Shown piece after piece: positions 22,591 to 34,800 of a stretch of DNA of 51,699 nt. The stretch covers positions 14,645,492 to 14,697,190 of the forward strand of contig NC_068998.1 of the NCBI RefSeq assembly GCF_001194135.2, read 5' to 3'. This DNA comes from Octopus bimaculoides (Eukaryota). Numbering within the stretch: the stretch's first letter is position 1; each line of letters opens with the position of its first letter. Position numbers and translations under genes: made by a program. The notes under the pieces were generated by a model that was given only the letters and a program-made list of their open reading frames with translations, had not been told where the DNA came from and ran no database searches.

Positions 22591-23100
22591 CACACAGTTG
22601 CGTGTGTGTATGTATGTGTATGTGGTGTGTATGTAGCGTTAGGTCACTCTCGAGTGCTACCAGTACCATGTAGCCCAGCACAACCTCTCCCATGGTCGGG
22701 TCCTCGGCATTTAAGCCGGCAACCCTAACAAGCTTGGTTGGTAAGTGGGATGATTTGGATGCCTTCCAGGTTTAAAAATAAGCCAGTCAAAGGGCAGAAA
22801 CTCTCTAGTAGTATATATATTGAGAGGAGCTTATCTCAATGGCGAAAAAATCCCCGAGCGAAATCACAGCAAAATCATTGGGAGTAACATCAACGAATGA
22901 TCTTCATTCGGTGAAACTCCAAGACACAATCTGGACGGAAGAATCTCTTTAACCAACGACCAGTTAAAGGTCAACCAATTACGGCTAGTTGTTAGAACTG
23001 GTCATTCATTAACTCAGTTTAGCTACTTGAAAAACAATGTAGACTTCTGGAATGTCCTTGTGTCACCCATTAAAGCTCAATGAATAGTATAGTAGTAGTA

Positions 23101-23131
<31 letters not shown>

Positions 23132-23254
23132 TGTATCTATGTATGTAAGTATGCATATAAGTATGTATGTATATGTATATACAGATGCGTGAATATATAT
23201 ATATATCTACATACATACATACGCACATACATACACACACCATACACAAACAAA

Positions 23255-23301
<47 letters not shown>

Positions 23302-23889
23302 GCACCTACGTATTGATAGACATGCATGCATATACATACATATATTTACACACATAGACACACAAACACACACACACACACACGATCTGTAATCATAAAG
23401 GCAACGTGATCTCCATTTATAAAATATTCACAAAGCGAATAATTATATAGTTCCACGTACAAGTGTTTGCCTACTGTGTATTCTTGTGTGCATGGTAACA
23501 AATCATACAAAGACATACTCAAAGATTCTTTCCACACTCATCGCACTTAATTAACCGATATTATTCCTTATTTAGTCCAGTGTAAATATAGCATGCAGTA
23601 TCTTAGATATACTTCTTAGCAATTTCTGTTCTTATAGATTGTGACGTCATGTGTCATTTCATAAGCCATGTGAAATTTCTTTCAGCGATTCTTAATTTCT
23701 CTGTGTGTTTCATTGACATATTTTCAAATAGAATGTAATAGGTTACCTGCCTTATTTGCAGCAGAAATGGAATACCGGAATATTCCATCATTTTCTATCA
23801 ACAAAACACTCTTCTCTCCATTGAATACGGTTATGCCTCCGAATAAGCTTGTTACTCTCGTTATCTATCTTCCAATGTTCTCTTAGATG

Positions 23890-24104
23890 TAAGGCGGCGA
23901 GCTGGCAGGATGGTTAGGAACGCCGGGCAGGATGCTTAACAGCATTTCGTACGTTTTTAGGTTCTGAGTTCAGATTACGCCGATGTGGATTTGCCTTTCA
24001 TCCTTTCGGGGTCGATAATATTAATAACAAGTTGAGCACTGGGGTCGATGTAATCGATTTTCCTCTTCCCACCGATTTGCTGGCCTTGAGACAAAATTTG
24101 AGGG
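23890..24104 (+). mobile_element. SINE family A, full length
   Basis: taaggcggcgagctggcagg...gagttcagattac...tttgcctttcatcctttcggggtcgataa. Degenerate 16-bp TSD caatgttctcttagat / caatattcttttacat (23873-23888, 24105-24120). Confidence 0.9.
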
Positions 24105-24807
24105 CAATATTCTTTTACATATAGACATGTGTGTGAGTGTGAGTGTGTGTGTGTGTGAGAGAGAGTGTCTATTGTGTCATTCAAACAACTGATGTATTGT
24201 GTATGTAAGTGTTCATATATATCTATATCTACCTACCTATATATATATGTATGTATGTATACATTTATCCATGTGTACTTATATATCAAATACCGATTTA
24301 AAATGTTGCTGCAGTGGTTTTGATGCACAAAACCCAGTTCAATAATAATTATATATATATATATATATNNNNNNNNNNNNNNNNNNNNNNNNNNNNNNNN
24401 NNNNNNNNNNNNNNNNNNNNNNNNNNNNNNNNNNNNNNNNNNNNNNNNNNNNNNNNNNNNNNNNNNNNNNNNNNNNNNNNNNNNNNNNNNNNNNNNNNNN
24501 NNNNNNNNNNNNNNNNNNNNNNNNNNNNNNNNNNNNNNNNNNNNNNNNNNNNNNNNNNNNNNNNNNNNNNNNNNNNNNNNNNNNNNNNNNNNNNNNNNNN
24601 NNNNNNNNNNNNNNNNNNNNNNNNNNNNNNNNNNNNNNNNNNNNNNNNNNNNNNNNNNNNNNNNNNNNNNNNNNNNNNNNNNNNNNNNNNNNNNNNNNNN
24701 NNNNNNNNNNNNNNNNNNNNNNNNNNNNNNNNNNNNNNNNNNNNNNNNNNNNNNNNNNNNNNNNNNNNNNNNNNNNNNNNNNNATATATATATATATATA
24801 TATAGGC

Positions 24808-25182
24808 AGGCGCAGGAGTGGCTGTGTGGTAAGTAGCTTGCTTACCAACCACATGGCTCCGGGTTCAGTCTCACTGCGTGGCATTTTCTGCAAGTGTCTT
24901 CTACTATAGCCACGAGCCGACCAATGCCTTATGAGTGGATTTGGTAGACGGAAACTGAAAGAAGCCCGTCGTATATATATTTATACATATGTGTGTGTGT
25001 ATGTTTGTGTGTTTGTCTTGTCCCTCCACCATTGCTTGACAACCGATGTTGATGTGTTTACGTACCTGTAACCTAGCGGTTCGGCAAAAGACACCGGTAA
25101 GATAAGTACTAGGCTTACAAAAGTATAAGTCCTGGGGTTGATTTGTTCGACTAATGAATGAAACAAATAAAAGAATAAAAGA

Positions 25183-25184
<2 letters not shown>
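24808..25184 (+). mobile_element. SINE family B, full length (tRNA head, CORE-like segment, internal TA/TG microsatellite, tail ending (aaaagaat)n)
   Basis: A-box ggctgtgtggtaag, B-box gggttcagtc, gcaagtgtcttctactatagcc, internal (TA)(TG) and tail gaaacaaataaaagaataaaagaata. Resembles octopus OR-type CORE SINEs (recalled, not searched). Confidence 0.88.
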
Positions 25185-25229
<45 letters not shown>

Positions 25230-25942
25230 CGTGCGTGTTTCAATATTTTACTAGATGGTTTGGCCGAAGCATATCTGAAAGTATTGGTGTAAGTATGCAT
25301 GTAATCTTTCTATAGTTTATCGACGAATATTGTAAAGAACAGTAATAAAAGGGCTTCGATCATAGAGCTTTGCTGAAAAGAAGTCCTTTATATTGACTTA
25401 CTTTCCATGAGCTACTTTGTAATTTGTACTATCATAAATTTTATGAAACCCCTAGTTGGTTCATCGGTATCAACTTACAAACGACACTCTTGTCACGAAT
25501 ATCTACAGATTTGTACAAGAGGCAATTATTTTGATATGAAATTCTATTTTCAGAACATCCATTAAAATACAGTGAGCCAAAGAAAATACTATAAAATATA
25601 GAGAATTCCAAAAGTATTCTTCGTTACCCAATATTTTAATTTAATGATGTAAACGTTTTCTTTAACAGAAATGTTCAATTATTGTTAAGAATAGATGTTT
25701 TCCCAACTTAAAGACCCTTCAGAAAAATGTTAAGTGTAATATAAAAAATATGTATAATGAACTAATTTAGAAATCAATATCTATATATAGTATTCATTTT
25801 AACAACTGTTTATAAAACTGAGTGCAATAAAAATTTCCTGAAAATAAAACAGAAAATAGCTAATGACAAAAACCATAGCAATAGCTATTATATAATCAAG
25901 CAATTAAAGAAGCCATAATACTTTCATGCATACACACATGCA

Positions 25943-26854
25943 TCCGAAGAGGTACCCAAAAGAAACTGGAATTTTGCAATATTATTTCATTCACTTAATT
26001 TTATATGTTTACACTTTTATCGATTTCAAAGTATTCTCGATTTGAAGCAATGCATCGGAGCAGGCGCGTTCTCCACTATTCGAAGCGGTACTGAAACTCT
26101 TGCGAAGTGATGCCTTTTAAAGGCTCTGCCATTTTTTTCTTCACCTCTTCCGCGTCTGCAAATTCCGTAGCACCAGATTTCGTCACCAGTGATGACCTTC
26201 GAAAAAAAGATCCGTATCAACTTCCAACTGTTCTTTCTGTTCACGACACGCATTCAGTCGTGTCTGCTTTTCATCGTCCATGAGCAAGCGAGGCACAAAT
26301 TTTGCTGCAACTCTTTTCACTCGCAATTCCTCGCTCAAAATTCGTTGGCAGGAGCTCCAGGATACACCAGTCATATCAACAAGTTCGTCAATCGTTTGGT
26401 GATGGTTCTCCAACATCAGTTCATGAATTTTCATGATGTTTTCATTCGTTCGGGTAGTCGATGGTCGTCCTGAATGAGGTTGATCTTCAAACGGCAAGTG
26501 ACCATTTCTAAAGCGTGGACACGACTCGTGAACTTGCGTTTTGCTCATAGCAGCGTCCTTGTAGTTTGTTTGAAACATGGCAATTGTTTTCTCCGCGGTT
26601 TTCCCCCAGCAGAAAACTGAATTTCACGGAAGCACAGTGCTCCTTAGTTTCAGCCATCACAAAAATCGACGAACAGGGGAGAAGCACCGCGAGACAAAGA
26701 TACACCACATGGCAGTACGACCTCCGCCAACAACACCGGTTGGTAGACTGATGCCTGAGAGCTGCATCAAGTGGCTTCTAGCGGCGGAAGTCTGAACTAC
26801 AACGGGCTTGTCCCGCAGAAAACGTCTCCGGATACTTTTAGGTACCCTATTGTA
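25943..26854 (-). mobile_element. Internally deleted mariner transposon (approx. 910 bp)
   Basis: Imperfect TIRs (gaggtacccaaaagaaactgga vs rc gggtacctaaaagtatccgga). ATG at 26657: MAETKEHCASVKFSFLLG.../..RFRNGHLPFEDQPHSGRPST...AAKFVPRLL (WVP-like)/SKVITGDEIWCYG, fused directly to FADAEEVKKKMAEPLKGITSQEFQYRFE*WRTRLLRCIASNREYFE. Confidence 0.92.
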
Positions 26855-26911
26855 TATGAATGCATACACACACACACACATGTATGAATGTATATTCATA
26901 TGTGTGGGTCC

Positions 26912-26998
<87 letters not shown>

Positions 26999-27697
26999 GT
27001 CACTGAAAGAACTGTTGGTATCACATTTACCTCATGGTTTACAATTGCTTCAATAACATGGATTACAAATTACACGACATGCCTGAAGACATTGAAAAGA
27101 GCAATGTAACCGTCACATCAATTGTCTCATGTGTATTATATACTGATGGGCTCATAATAATCTATTCATAAAACCAGACCTTCTTACTTATATACATATA
27201 TGCATATATACATATATGTATTATTATTAAGATCAAAATAAACATTATCTCCCCGCCCCCAAAAAGGCATCTCTACTTATTATATTCCAGCTTAAAACGT
27301 GCGTTTCAAGATGTTGATAAGGTTCGGATTTGTTCTTGAAACTATTATCCAACAATACATTCATAGATTGACAAACTTAACCAAACAAGCATTAAGTCTA
27401 AAACGTCTCGCTGAAACATATATATATTGACGAAGAATCCCATTGAATAAGATGTTTAAATTACAAATGATTTGTCTTGACAAAAGGAGTAGGGAGTTTC
27501 TTGAAGTCATCATAATAGTTATGAATACGCACACTCACATATCCATATATATAGATATACATGTATATATATANNNNNNNNNNNNNNNNNNNNNNNNNNN
27601 NNNNNNNNNNNNNNNNNNNNNNNNNNNNNNNNNNNNNNNNNNNNNNNNNNNNNNNNNNNNNNNNNNNNNNNNNNNNNNNNNNNNNNNNNNNNNNNNN

Positions 27698-27835
27698 ATA
27701 GGGAGAATTCACCAAAAAAAGACGAAGACAGGTGGTGTAGAAAACAAACAGATGTATTAGTAGAACGCTTGGGAAGTGAAAAAGTCTTTAACGTTTCGAG
27801 CCTACGCTCTTCCACAGAAAGGATCGCAGAAAGAA
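27698..27835 (-). mobile_element. Penelope pseudo-LTR fragment
   Basis: aaagacgaagacagg...aaacaaacagatgtattag...acgcttgggaag...aaagtctttaacgtttcgagcctacgctcttccacagaaagg matches 48420-48540, which lies downstream of a GIY-YIG remnant. Confidence 0.8.
27786..27821 (-). ncRNA. Minimal type I hammerhead-ribozyme-like motif, non-canonical core
   Basis: CUUU-CUGUGGA-A-GAGC(GUAG)GCUC-GAAA-CG-UU|AAAG: stem I CUUU/AAAG, stem II 4 bp, palindromic ACGU stem III, GUU triplet. Core position A6 is U. Activity untested. Confidence 0.55.
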
Positions 27836-28650
27836 ATGTATGTATGTATGTAAGTATGTATGTATTTTCCGATGGGCTGCTATTGATGTGGTGGAGTATA
27901 CTTTCTTCAAGCGCTGGGTGTTAAAACCTCTTAGGGTCGTGGACAGGCGAGATAACTCGCACACCGACGCACACACTGGGAAGCCTTTCAACCTAAATGT
28001 ACTCGATCAAGGCCGATATAGCAGCCTAATGAATGCACTCTAATAACAACAACATATACCTCAAATAGATTTGTAGACACCGCATAATACGATTTTAATT
28101 CGATAGGAAATATAGAAGCTATGATATTTATAGACGTGTTTTACAATAGCCTTAGCTATAATGGCGAAAATTAAATTACGTTGTAACGAACTACGTAAAG
28201 ACTTTGAAAGACCATTGTTGATGTCCGGTTAAGTGAAATAACTCAACGGAGAAAACAAAAAGACTCGAATCACCAAGTCAGTTATCGCAGGGATTACCCC
28301 TACGTCAGTCACTTCAACTACACAATAAACTAATAGATTTTTAGGAACTTTTGTTCCTAACAAAGAAAGCTGAAGCGTAGAAGGCAGACCTTCTCCAAAT
28401 ACAAAAATAGAAAGACGATAAGAATTTGCAAATACGGCCGTAAGTTATTTTAATCTTCATACTGCATGCAAATTACAGTATTTGTATAGAAATAGATAAA
28501 GGCAGTTTCTGTGCGTTCGTATTCATATACAAGAGGTGGTTATGTTTGACCGTTACTTGGAATCGCAACAGGAAGAAAATACATACAATCACTTTGATTG
28601 CGCTGTCCAAAAGCTCTGGATTTAATTCTCCCACAATGGATCACTACGAC

Positions 28651-28671
28651 GTGTGCCATCTAGTGGCCAAT
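28651..28671 (-). promoter_or_regulatory. CTCF-like motif overlapping a CCAAT box
   Basis: Minus strand tggccactagatggcacac fits the CCASYAGRKGGCRS consensus; plus strand ggCCAATgg at 28665-28673. Lies in about 1 kb of repeat-poor DNA. Confidence 0.45.
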
Positions 28672-29222
28672 GGATGAGAGGAGGGAGGTTTCGAAGGAGG
28701 TAAATGGTTTCGAGGGAGGTAACTGTCTATAGATTACTCAAAGGAAAGTTGGATAAAATTTATATAGAAGCCTTCACAATAAATTTCTGTTTTTGTATTA
28801 TTTCTTATTTCTTTCTATGTAGACTACCATGAAAAATGGATGCTTTTGCGGTGTGTTTAAATGCGAGCGGCAAGATTGTTATTAAAACATTAGTATGTTC
28901 AACAGAGTTTTTACCGGGAAGTTAAGTCCTTTGGTAAGAATAGAGTGACTATTGAGCTTTCTTTGTGCTTTTTTTTTTCAAGTAACTTCTAGTGAATATA
29001 AAAATAACCAGTTGCTGAAATCAATAACGGGTGGCTTTCGCTCAGTAAAAATCAAATGATTTAGTAAATTTCAGACATAATGGCACCCATTCTCAATTTA
29101 AAGTCAGTTGATATCTTTATACACAATGCTATTTGTTCTCAGCATTTACACATATGCATGCTCACACAAACTCACAGTGAGTGAAAGAAAGAAAGAAAGA
29201 AAGACATAGAGAGACAAAGTGA

Positions 29223-29260
<38 letters not shown>

Positions 29261-29516
29261 CAAAGAGAAAGAAAGAGAGACGTATTTAAACTTCAACATG
29301 TTGGTATTGTGATATTGCTTTCCCTGTACAACATATCAGTGTTTATTTCATCTCTTGAGTTGTATTTGTGGAAAGATATCTAATCTGAGCCTATCTCTTT
29401 CAAATCTATTATTATCGAATTAGAATTTGAACTCAGTATTGAAGTTTGACGCGCTATGTTTATCATATATACATATACATTTACATACACGCATATATAT
29501 ATACATACATACATAC

Positions 29517-29603
<87 letters not shown>

Positions 29604-30330
29604 TGGGTACGTATGCACGTATGTATGTGTATATGCATGCATGTATGTATATGTTTTATAATACCAAGTATTGATTATGAAGAATATAATATGCCGCACG
29701 TGGAGTATTATATTGAATCTTGTTCATTTTAAACTCAGGCTGATATTCTATCGACTGGCTGACTAATTGTTAACTAAAGCATACACATTTTCTTAACTAT
29801 CTGAAAGCAATCAAAGAGCTTGCTAGAAATTAAAAAAAAAAAATAAAGAACTAATTTGCCTTAAATAGCATTATTGTACTTAGAATGCATCGGATATATT
29901 CCTACATACCCAATGATTGCTATACATACACACATATATACTTACATACATGCGAACATACATACATACATTCATACATACATTCATACATACATACATA
30001 CACACATACATACATGCAGCTAACTGACAATATAACCATACGCTCACACACACAGACACACACAATCCACATATATACGCGCGCGTACACATTCACACAC
30101 AAATAGTTTTATATAATGTAACATCATCAAAATATATGACGATGCTGAAAACGCATTTTGTTGTTGCGGCAAAGAAGCTTTTATCAAGTAGTCTATGTGA
30201 GACATAGCTTGACCGAGCACCAAGACATAAAGATGTAACTACTGGAAACTTAAGCTTATGGAGGAAGGATACTCTGATGTTCTAGACTAGACCGAGTGGG
30301 CCGCAACAAACTCATTTAATATATGTTTGT

Positions 30331-30377
<47 letters not shown>

Positions 30378-30714
30378 NNNNNNNNNNNNNNNNNNNNNNN
30401 NNNNNNNNNNNNNNNNNNNNNNNNNNNNNNNNNNNNNNNNNNNNNNNNNNNNNNNNNNNNNNNNNNNNNNNNNNNNNNNNNNNNNNNNNNNNNNNNNNNN
30501 NNNNNNNNNNNNNNNNNNNNNNNNNNNNNNNNNNNNNNNNNNNNNNNNNNNNNNNNNNNNNNNNNNNNNNNNNNNNNNNNNNNNNNNNNNNNNNNNNNNN
30601 NNNNNNNNNNNNNNNNNNNNNNNNNNNNNNNNNNNNNNNNNNNNNNNNNNNNNNNNNNNNNNNNNNNNNNNNNNNNNNNNNNNNNNNNNNNNNNNNNNNN
30701 NNNNNNNNNNNNNN

Positions 30715-30752
<38 letters not shown>

Positions 30753-30754
30753 TT

Positions 30755-30968
30755 TGTGTCTGTCTTTGCTCCCCACCACCGCTTGAAAACCTGTGATGGT
30801 GTGTTTACGTCCCCATAATCCAGCGGTTTGGCAAAACAGACGGTAGAATAAGTGCTAGGTTTTAAAAATAAGTCATTGGGTCGATTTGCGTGACTAAAAC
30901 CTTTCAAGGCGCTGTTCCAGCATGGCTGCAGTCAGTCACATGACTGAAATAAATAAAAGAATAAAAAA
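30755..30968 (+). mobile_element. SINE family B tail (head absent or hidden in the gap)
   Basis: ccccaccaccgcttgaaaacc...aataagtgctagg...gggtcgatttgcgtgactaaa...cagcatggctgcagtc...tgactgaaataaataaaagaataaaa. Confidence 0.85.
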
Positions 30969-31621
30969 ATATATCTATGTATGTATGTATGTTTGTATGT
31001 AATAACACACAAGGTCTCGCGCTGACCACAGCGTCCAATCGAAGAGATACACATTTACACAATGGAATTCCCTTGTAGAATTATCGAATAGCACATTACC
31101 TAGCGTGTTATTCCTTCCACTAAAATATGAATTGAAATAGACTTGATAACTGTTTTAGCACGTTAAGCAACCATAAGGGAATAAACAACCTGATTCCATT
31201 TTTTTTTTTTTTTTATCCGTAGATTTCTCAATAATTCTGATGTTTGTTATTTCAGTACGTATTTCTTTAAGGTTTCTTTTTCGCCGCAAACCCGTTCGCA
31301 ATGGCTGTTATGTAATGTATTAGTAATATTCAATTTACAGTTTGCTGGTAACAAGCTGTCGATAACGTAGAAAAGCATAAATTTAATATTGTTACTGTGT
31401 AATTTTGCTGCAGCTTTTAGATTGCATCGATTGTTGTCTACATTCTTGTAGACCTTTGTTAATTTTTCATTGAAATTTTTCTTACGGAATGAATACTTTA
31501 TATAAACATGTCTCACACCTATACATTCCTCTATTATCGGAATCCCTTCCCTCTGTCTGTCTGTCTGTTTGCCTGTCTGTCTCTCGCTCTCTGTCTCTCC
31601 CTACAGCTGTCTGGAGGGACA

Positions 31622-31978
31622 ATAGCAGCGGACTCGCAGTCATAGGATCGCAGTTTCGATTCCCAAACCGGGCGTTGTGAGTGTTTATTGAGCGAAAACA
31701 CCTAAAGCTCCACGAGGCTCCGGCAGGGGATGGTGGCGAACCCTGCTGTACTCTTTCACCACAACTTTCTCTCACTCTTACTTCCTGTTTCTGTTGTGCC
31801 TGTAATTCAAAGGGTCAGCCTTGTCACATTGTGTCACGCTGAATATCCCCGAGAACTACGTTAAGGGTACACGTGTCTGTGGAGTGGTCAGCCACTTGCA
31901 CGTTAATTTCACGAGCAGGCTGTTCCGTTGATCGGATCAACTGGAACCCTCGACGTCGAAAGCGACGAGTGCCAACAA
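31622..31978 (+). mobile_element. SINE family D (tRNA-like head, approx. 360 bp)
   Basis: B-box gtttcgattcc at about 31653, followed by a GC-richer body ending cgacgagtgccaacaa, with microsatellites on both sides. Single copy in the window; family status inferred. Confidence 0.65.
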
Positions 31979-31994
31979 ATATATCTATATATTT

Positions 31995-32109
<115 letters not shown>

Positions 32110-32181
32110 TATGTATATTATTATAATATGATATGTTTTTATTATTGTATATTATTATAATATTATACATATATGTATATA

Positions 32182-32212
<31 letters not shown>

Positions 32213-32677
32213 GTATGTATGTATGTATGTATGTATGTATGTATGTATGTATGTATAAGAGTGAATCGCTGCCTACAGCGCTAGCAGCCATAATGGGGGA
32301 CTACATTCAAAATATTTGTTTCTCATATCGACCACGCTACATATATCAGGCTGGAACTTAGTTTTATCCATATCTTTTCGTTTTTCCAATTACTAATTAT
32401 GGGATTTGGAGAAACACAATATAAACACAACGCACCGTTTCTTAAGACAGTCTGTTGCATAGATATATAGAAAATGTTTGATCACATTTATTAGCGTATG
32501 CATATATATTTATGCAAATTTACACACTCTCACAGATGCACGTGCATCATATATGTGTAATTATATGTCTGTAAGTGCGCGTGTGTGCGTATGCGTGCGT
32601 GTGTGTGTGTGCATGACTTTGTGTGTGCGTGTGCGTGTGTGTGTATGTGTGTGTGCGTGGTGTACGTGTGTGTGTGC

Positions 32678-32715
<38 letters not shown>

Positions 32716-33019
32716 CATTGCATATGTGTATATAAAACACCAATGAATTGAGGAATATAATGAAGAAAGCAAATAAATTGTAAAATGAAAATAAGTGAAA
32801 AACGGACATGAAAAATCGTAGGAAACTGAAACAAAAAGAATAGCAGTTATAGAATAGGCACAATGAAAATATAATGAAAGGGTTATAAAAGAATCTAACG
32901 TTTCAAGCTATACCCTTTATCAAAGAAAAGGAAAATATGTAATAGATGTGAAAATAAGAGAAAAAGAAATACAAATGTTATTCCACAATTCAGCAACTGT
33001 TAGCATCTACAAGCTTTAC

Positions 33020-33055
<36 letters not shown>

Positions 33056-33939
33056 NNNNNNNNNNNNNNNNNNNNNNNNNNNNNNNNNNNNNNNNNNNNN
33101 NNNNNNNNNNNNNNNNNNNNNNNNNNNNNNNNNNNNNNNNNNNNNNNNNNNNNNNNNNNNNNNNNNNNNNNNNNNNNNNNNNNNNNNNNNNNNNNNNNNN
33201 NNNNNNNNNNNNNNNNNNNNNNNNNNNNNNNNNNNNNNNNNNNNNNNNNNNNNNNNNNNNNNNNNNNNNNNNNNNNNNNNNNNNNNNNGATATATATATG
33301 AAGTGCTTCTCTAATGTCTAAAACCGAAAACATTACGTAAATTTTCATTTCGAACTTTTGCGCGAACTGACGTTGCAAAGAGTGTTGATACAGAAAGAAT
33401 TCTAACTTTCTTTGTCTTCTTATCAGTTGAATAAATATATATACATACATGCATTCTATAATTCAGCATATATGTATACATTTGTAAACATATGCATACA
33501 TAAATACACACACACGCGCGCGCAGATATGTGTGTGCAAATATGCGCACCGTTTCATGTTTCAGCGTCAGAGATAAGTGACGTTTAATAGCCCGAAGTAA
33601 GCATCGGATTTATGTGGCCATACCAGACAAACTTGAATATGGAATGCGTTTATTAGTAAGAATTTTATGGCATATGTTATACTAATGTAACAAGTATTAA
33701 GATAAAACAATTGGTAAATTGTTCGCAATATCGGATTTCACATATTAAACACAATGGAGAGTTTGACCAGATTACACTGTAGTAACGTTGTTTGATTATT
33801 TCGTATGAGAAATGTGCTGTTTTCGTTGGATGGTGAACAATATCCGTTCTCAAAATCTGGTGCATTATTTTAGTAAAATACAGTTTTATCGAATTATTTT
33901 CCTCGCCAGAAGAGATGTTGATTTTTCTGTTTTATCTTT

Positions 33940-34143
33940 TCCTTGTTTCAGTCATTTGTCTGCCGACATGCTGGGGCATCACCTTGAACGGTTTTAGTCG
34001 AACAAATCGACCTTAGGACTTATTTTTTTGAAGTCTATTGCTTATTCTATCGGTACCTTTTGTAGAAAATCTTAGTCACAGGGATGTAAACACACTAACA
34101 CCGGTTGTCAACTGATGGTGGATTGACAAACACAGTCACAATG

Positions 34144-34174
<31 letters not shown>

Positions 34175-34387
34175 TATACATACATACATATATANNNNNN
34201 NNNNNNNNNNNNNNNNNNNNNNNNNNNNNNNNNNNNNNNNNNNNNNNNNNNNNNNNNNNNNNNNNNNNNNNNNNNNNNNNNNNNNNNNNNNNNNNNNNNN
34301 NNNNNNNNNNNNNNNNNNNNNNNNNNNNNNNNNNNNNNNNNNNNNNNNNNNNNNNNNNNNNNNNNNNNNNNNNNNNNNNNNNNNNNN

Positions 34388-34440
<53 letters not shown>

Positions 34441-34612
34441 TATGTTATGTCTCAAGCTACTGCTATCTAGCACCTTCGGATGATCTCTATTCAAGCGCTA
34501 CATGACAGCTACTCAAGAGCTACTCAACTCTCTACCAACAACACTACCACGGCTAGACTACCTCTATTTATATTTCTTGGGCGATCCTACTTCTTCGCTT
34601 GGGGGCATCGAC

Positions 34613-34645
<33 letters not shown>

Positions 34646-34800
34646 CGACGGGCTTCTTTCAGTTTCCGTCTACTAAATCCGCTCGCAATGTTCTGGTAGG
34701 CTCGAGACTATAGTAGAAGGCATTATTTGCCCAATTTGTTACGCAGTGGGACTGAACTCGGAATCATGTATTTGAGAAGCAAGCTTCTGACCAAGCGTCT
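33940..34800 (-). mobile_element. SINE family B split at its internal microsatellite (tail 33940-34135, head 34645-34800)
   Basis: Tail rc ...ctaaggtcgatttgttcgactaaaaccgttcaaggtgatgccccagcatg...aaatgactgaaacaagg; head rc ...gagttcagtcccactgcg...gatttagtagacggaaactgaaagaagcccgtcgt. Confidence 0.85.
34443..34618 (-). mobile_element. 176-bp LTR-like element nested in (TA)n
   Basis: Minus strand starts TGTTGTGTC and ends GACATAACA (TG...CA, 8/9 inverted termini), with tataaata inside. Its ends coincide with the microsatellite borders. No AATAAA or clear TSD. Confidence 0.4.

Noticed and set aside
29420-30106. YIYI, CVCV, HTHT, poly-I/Y/E/R ORFs here and throughout the window
   Set aside because: Translations of simple repeats with no coding evidence.
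30162-30308. 10-bp inverted termini tgttgcggc...gccgcaaca (TG...CA)
   Set aside because: No TSD, the ends do not coincide with any boundary, and such matches are expected by chance.
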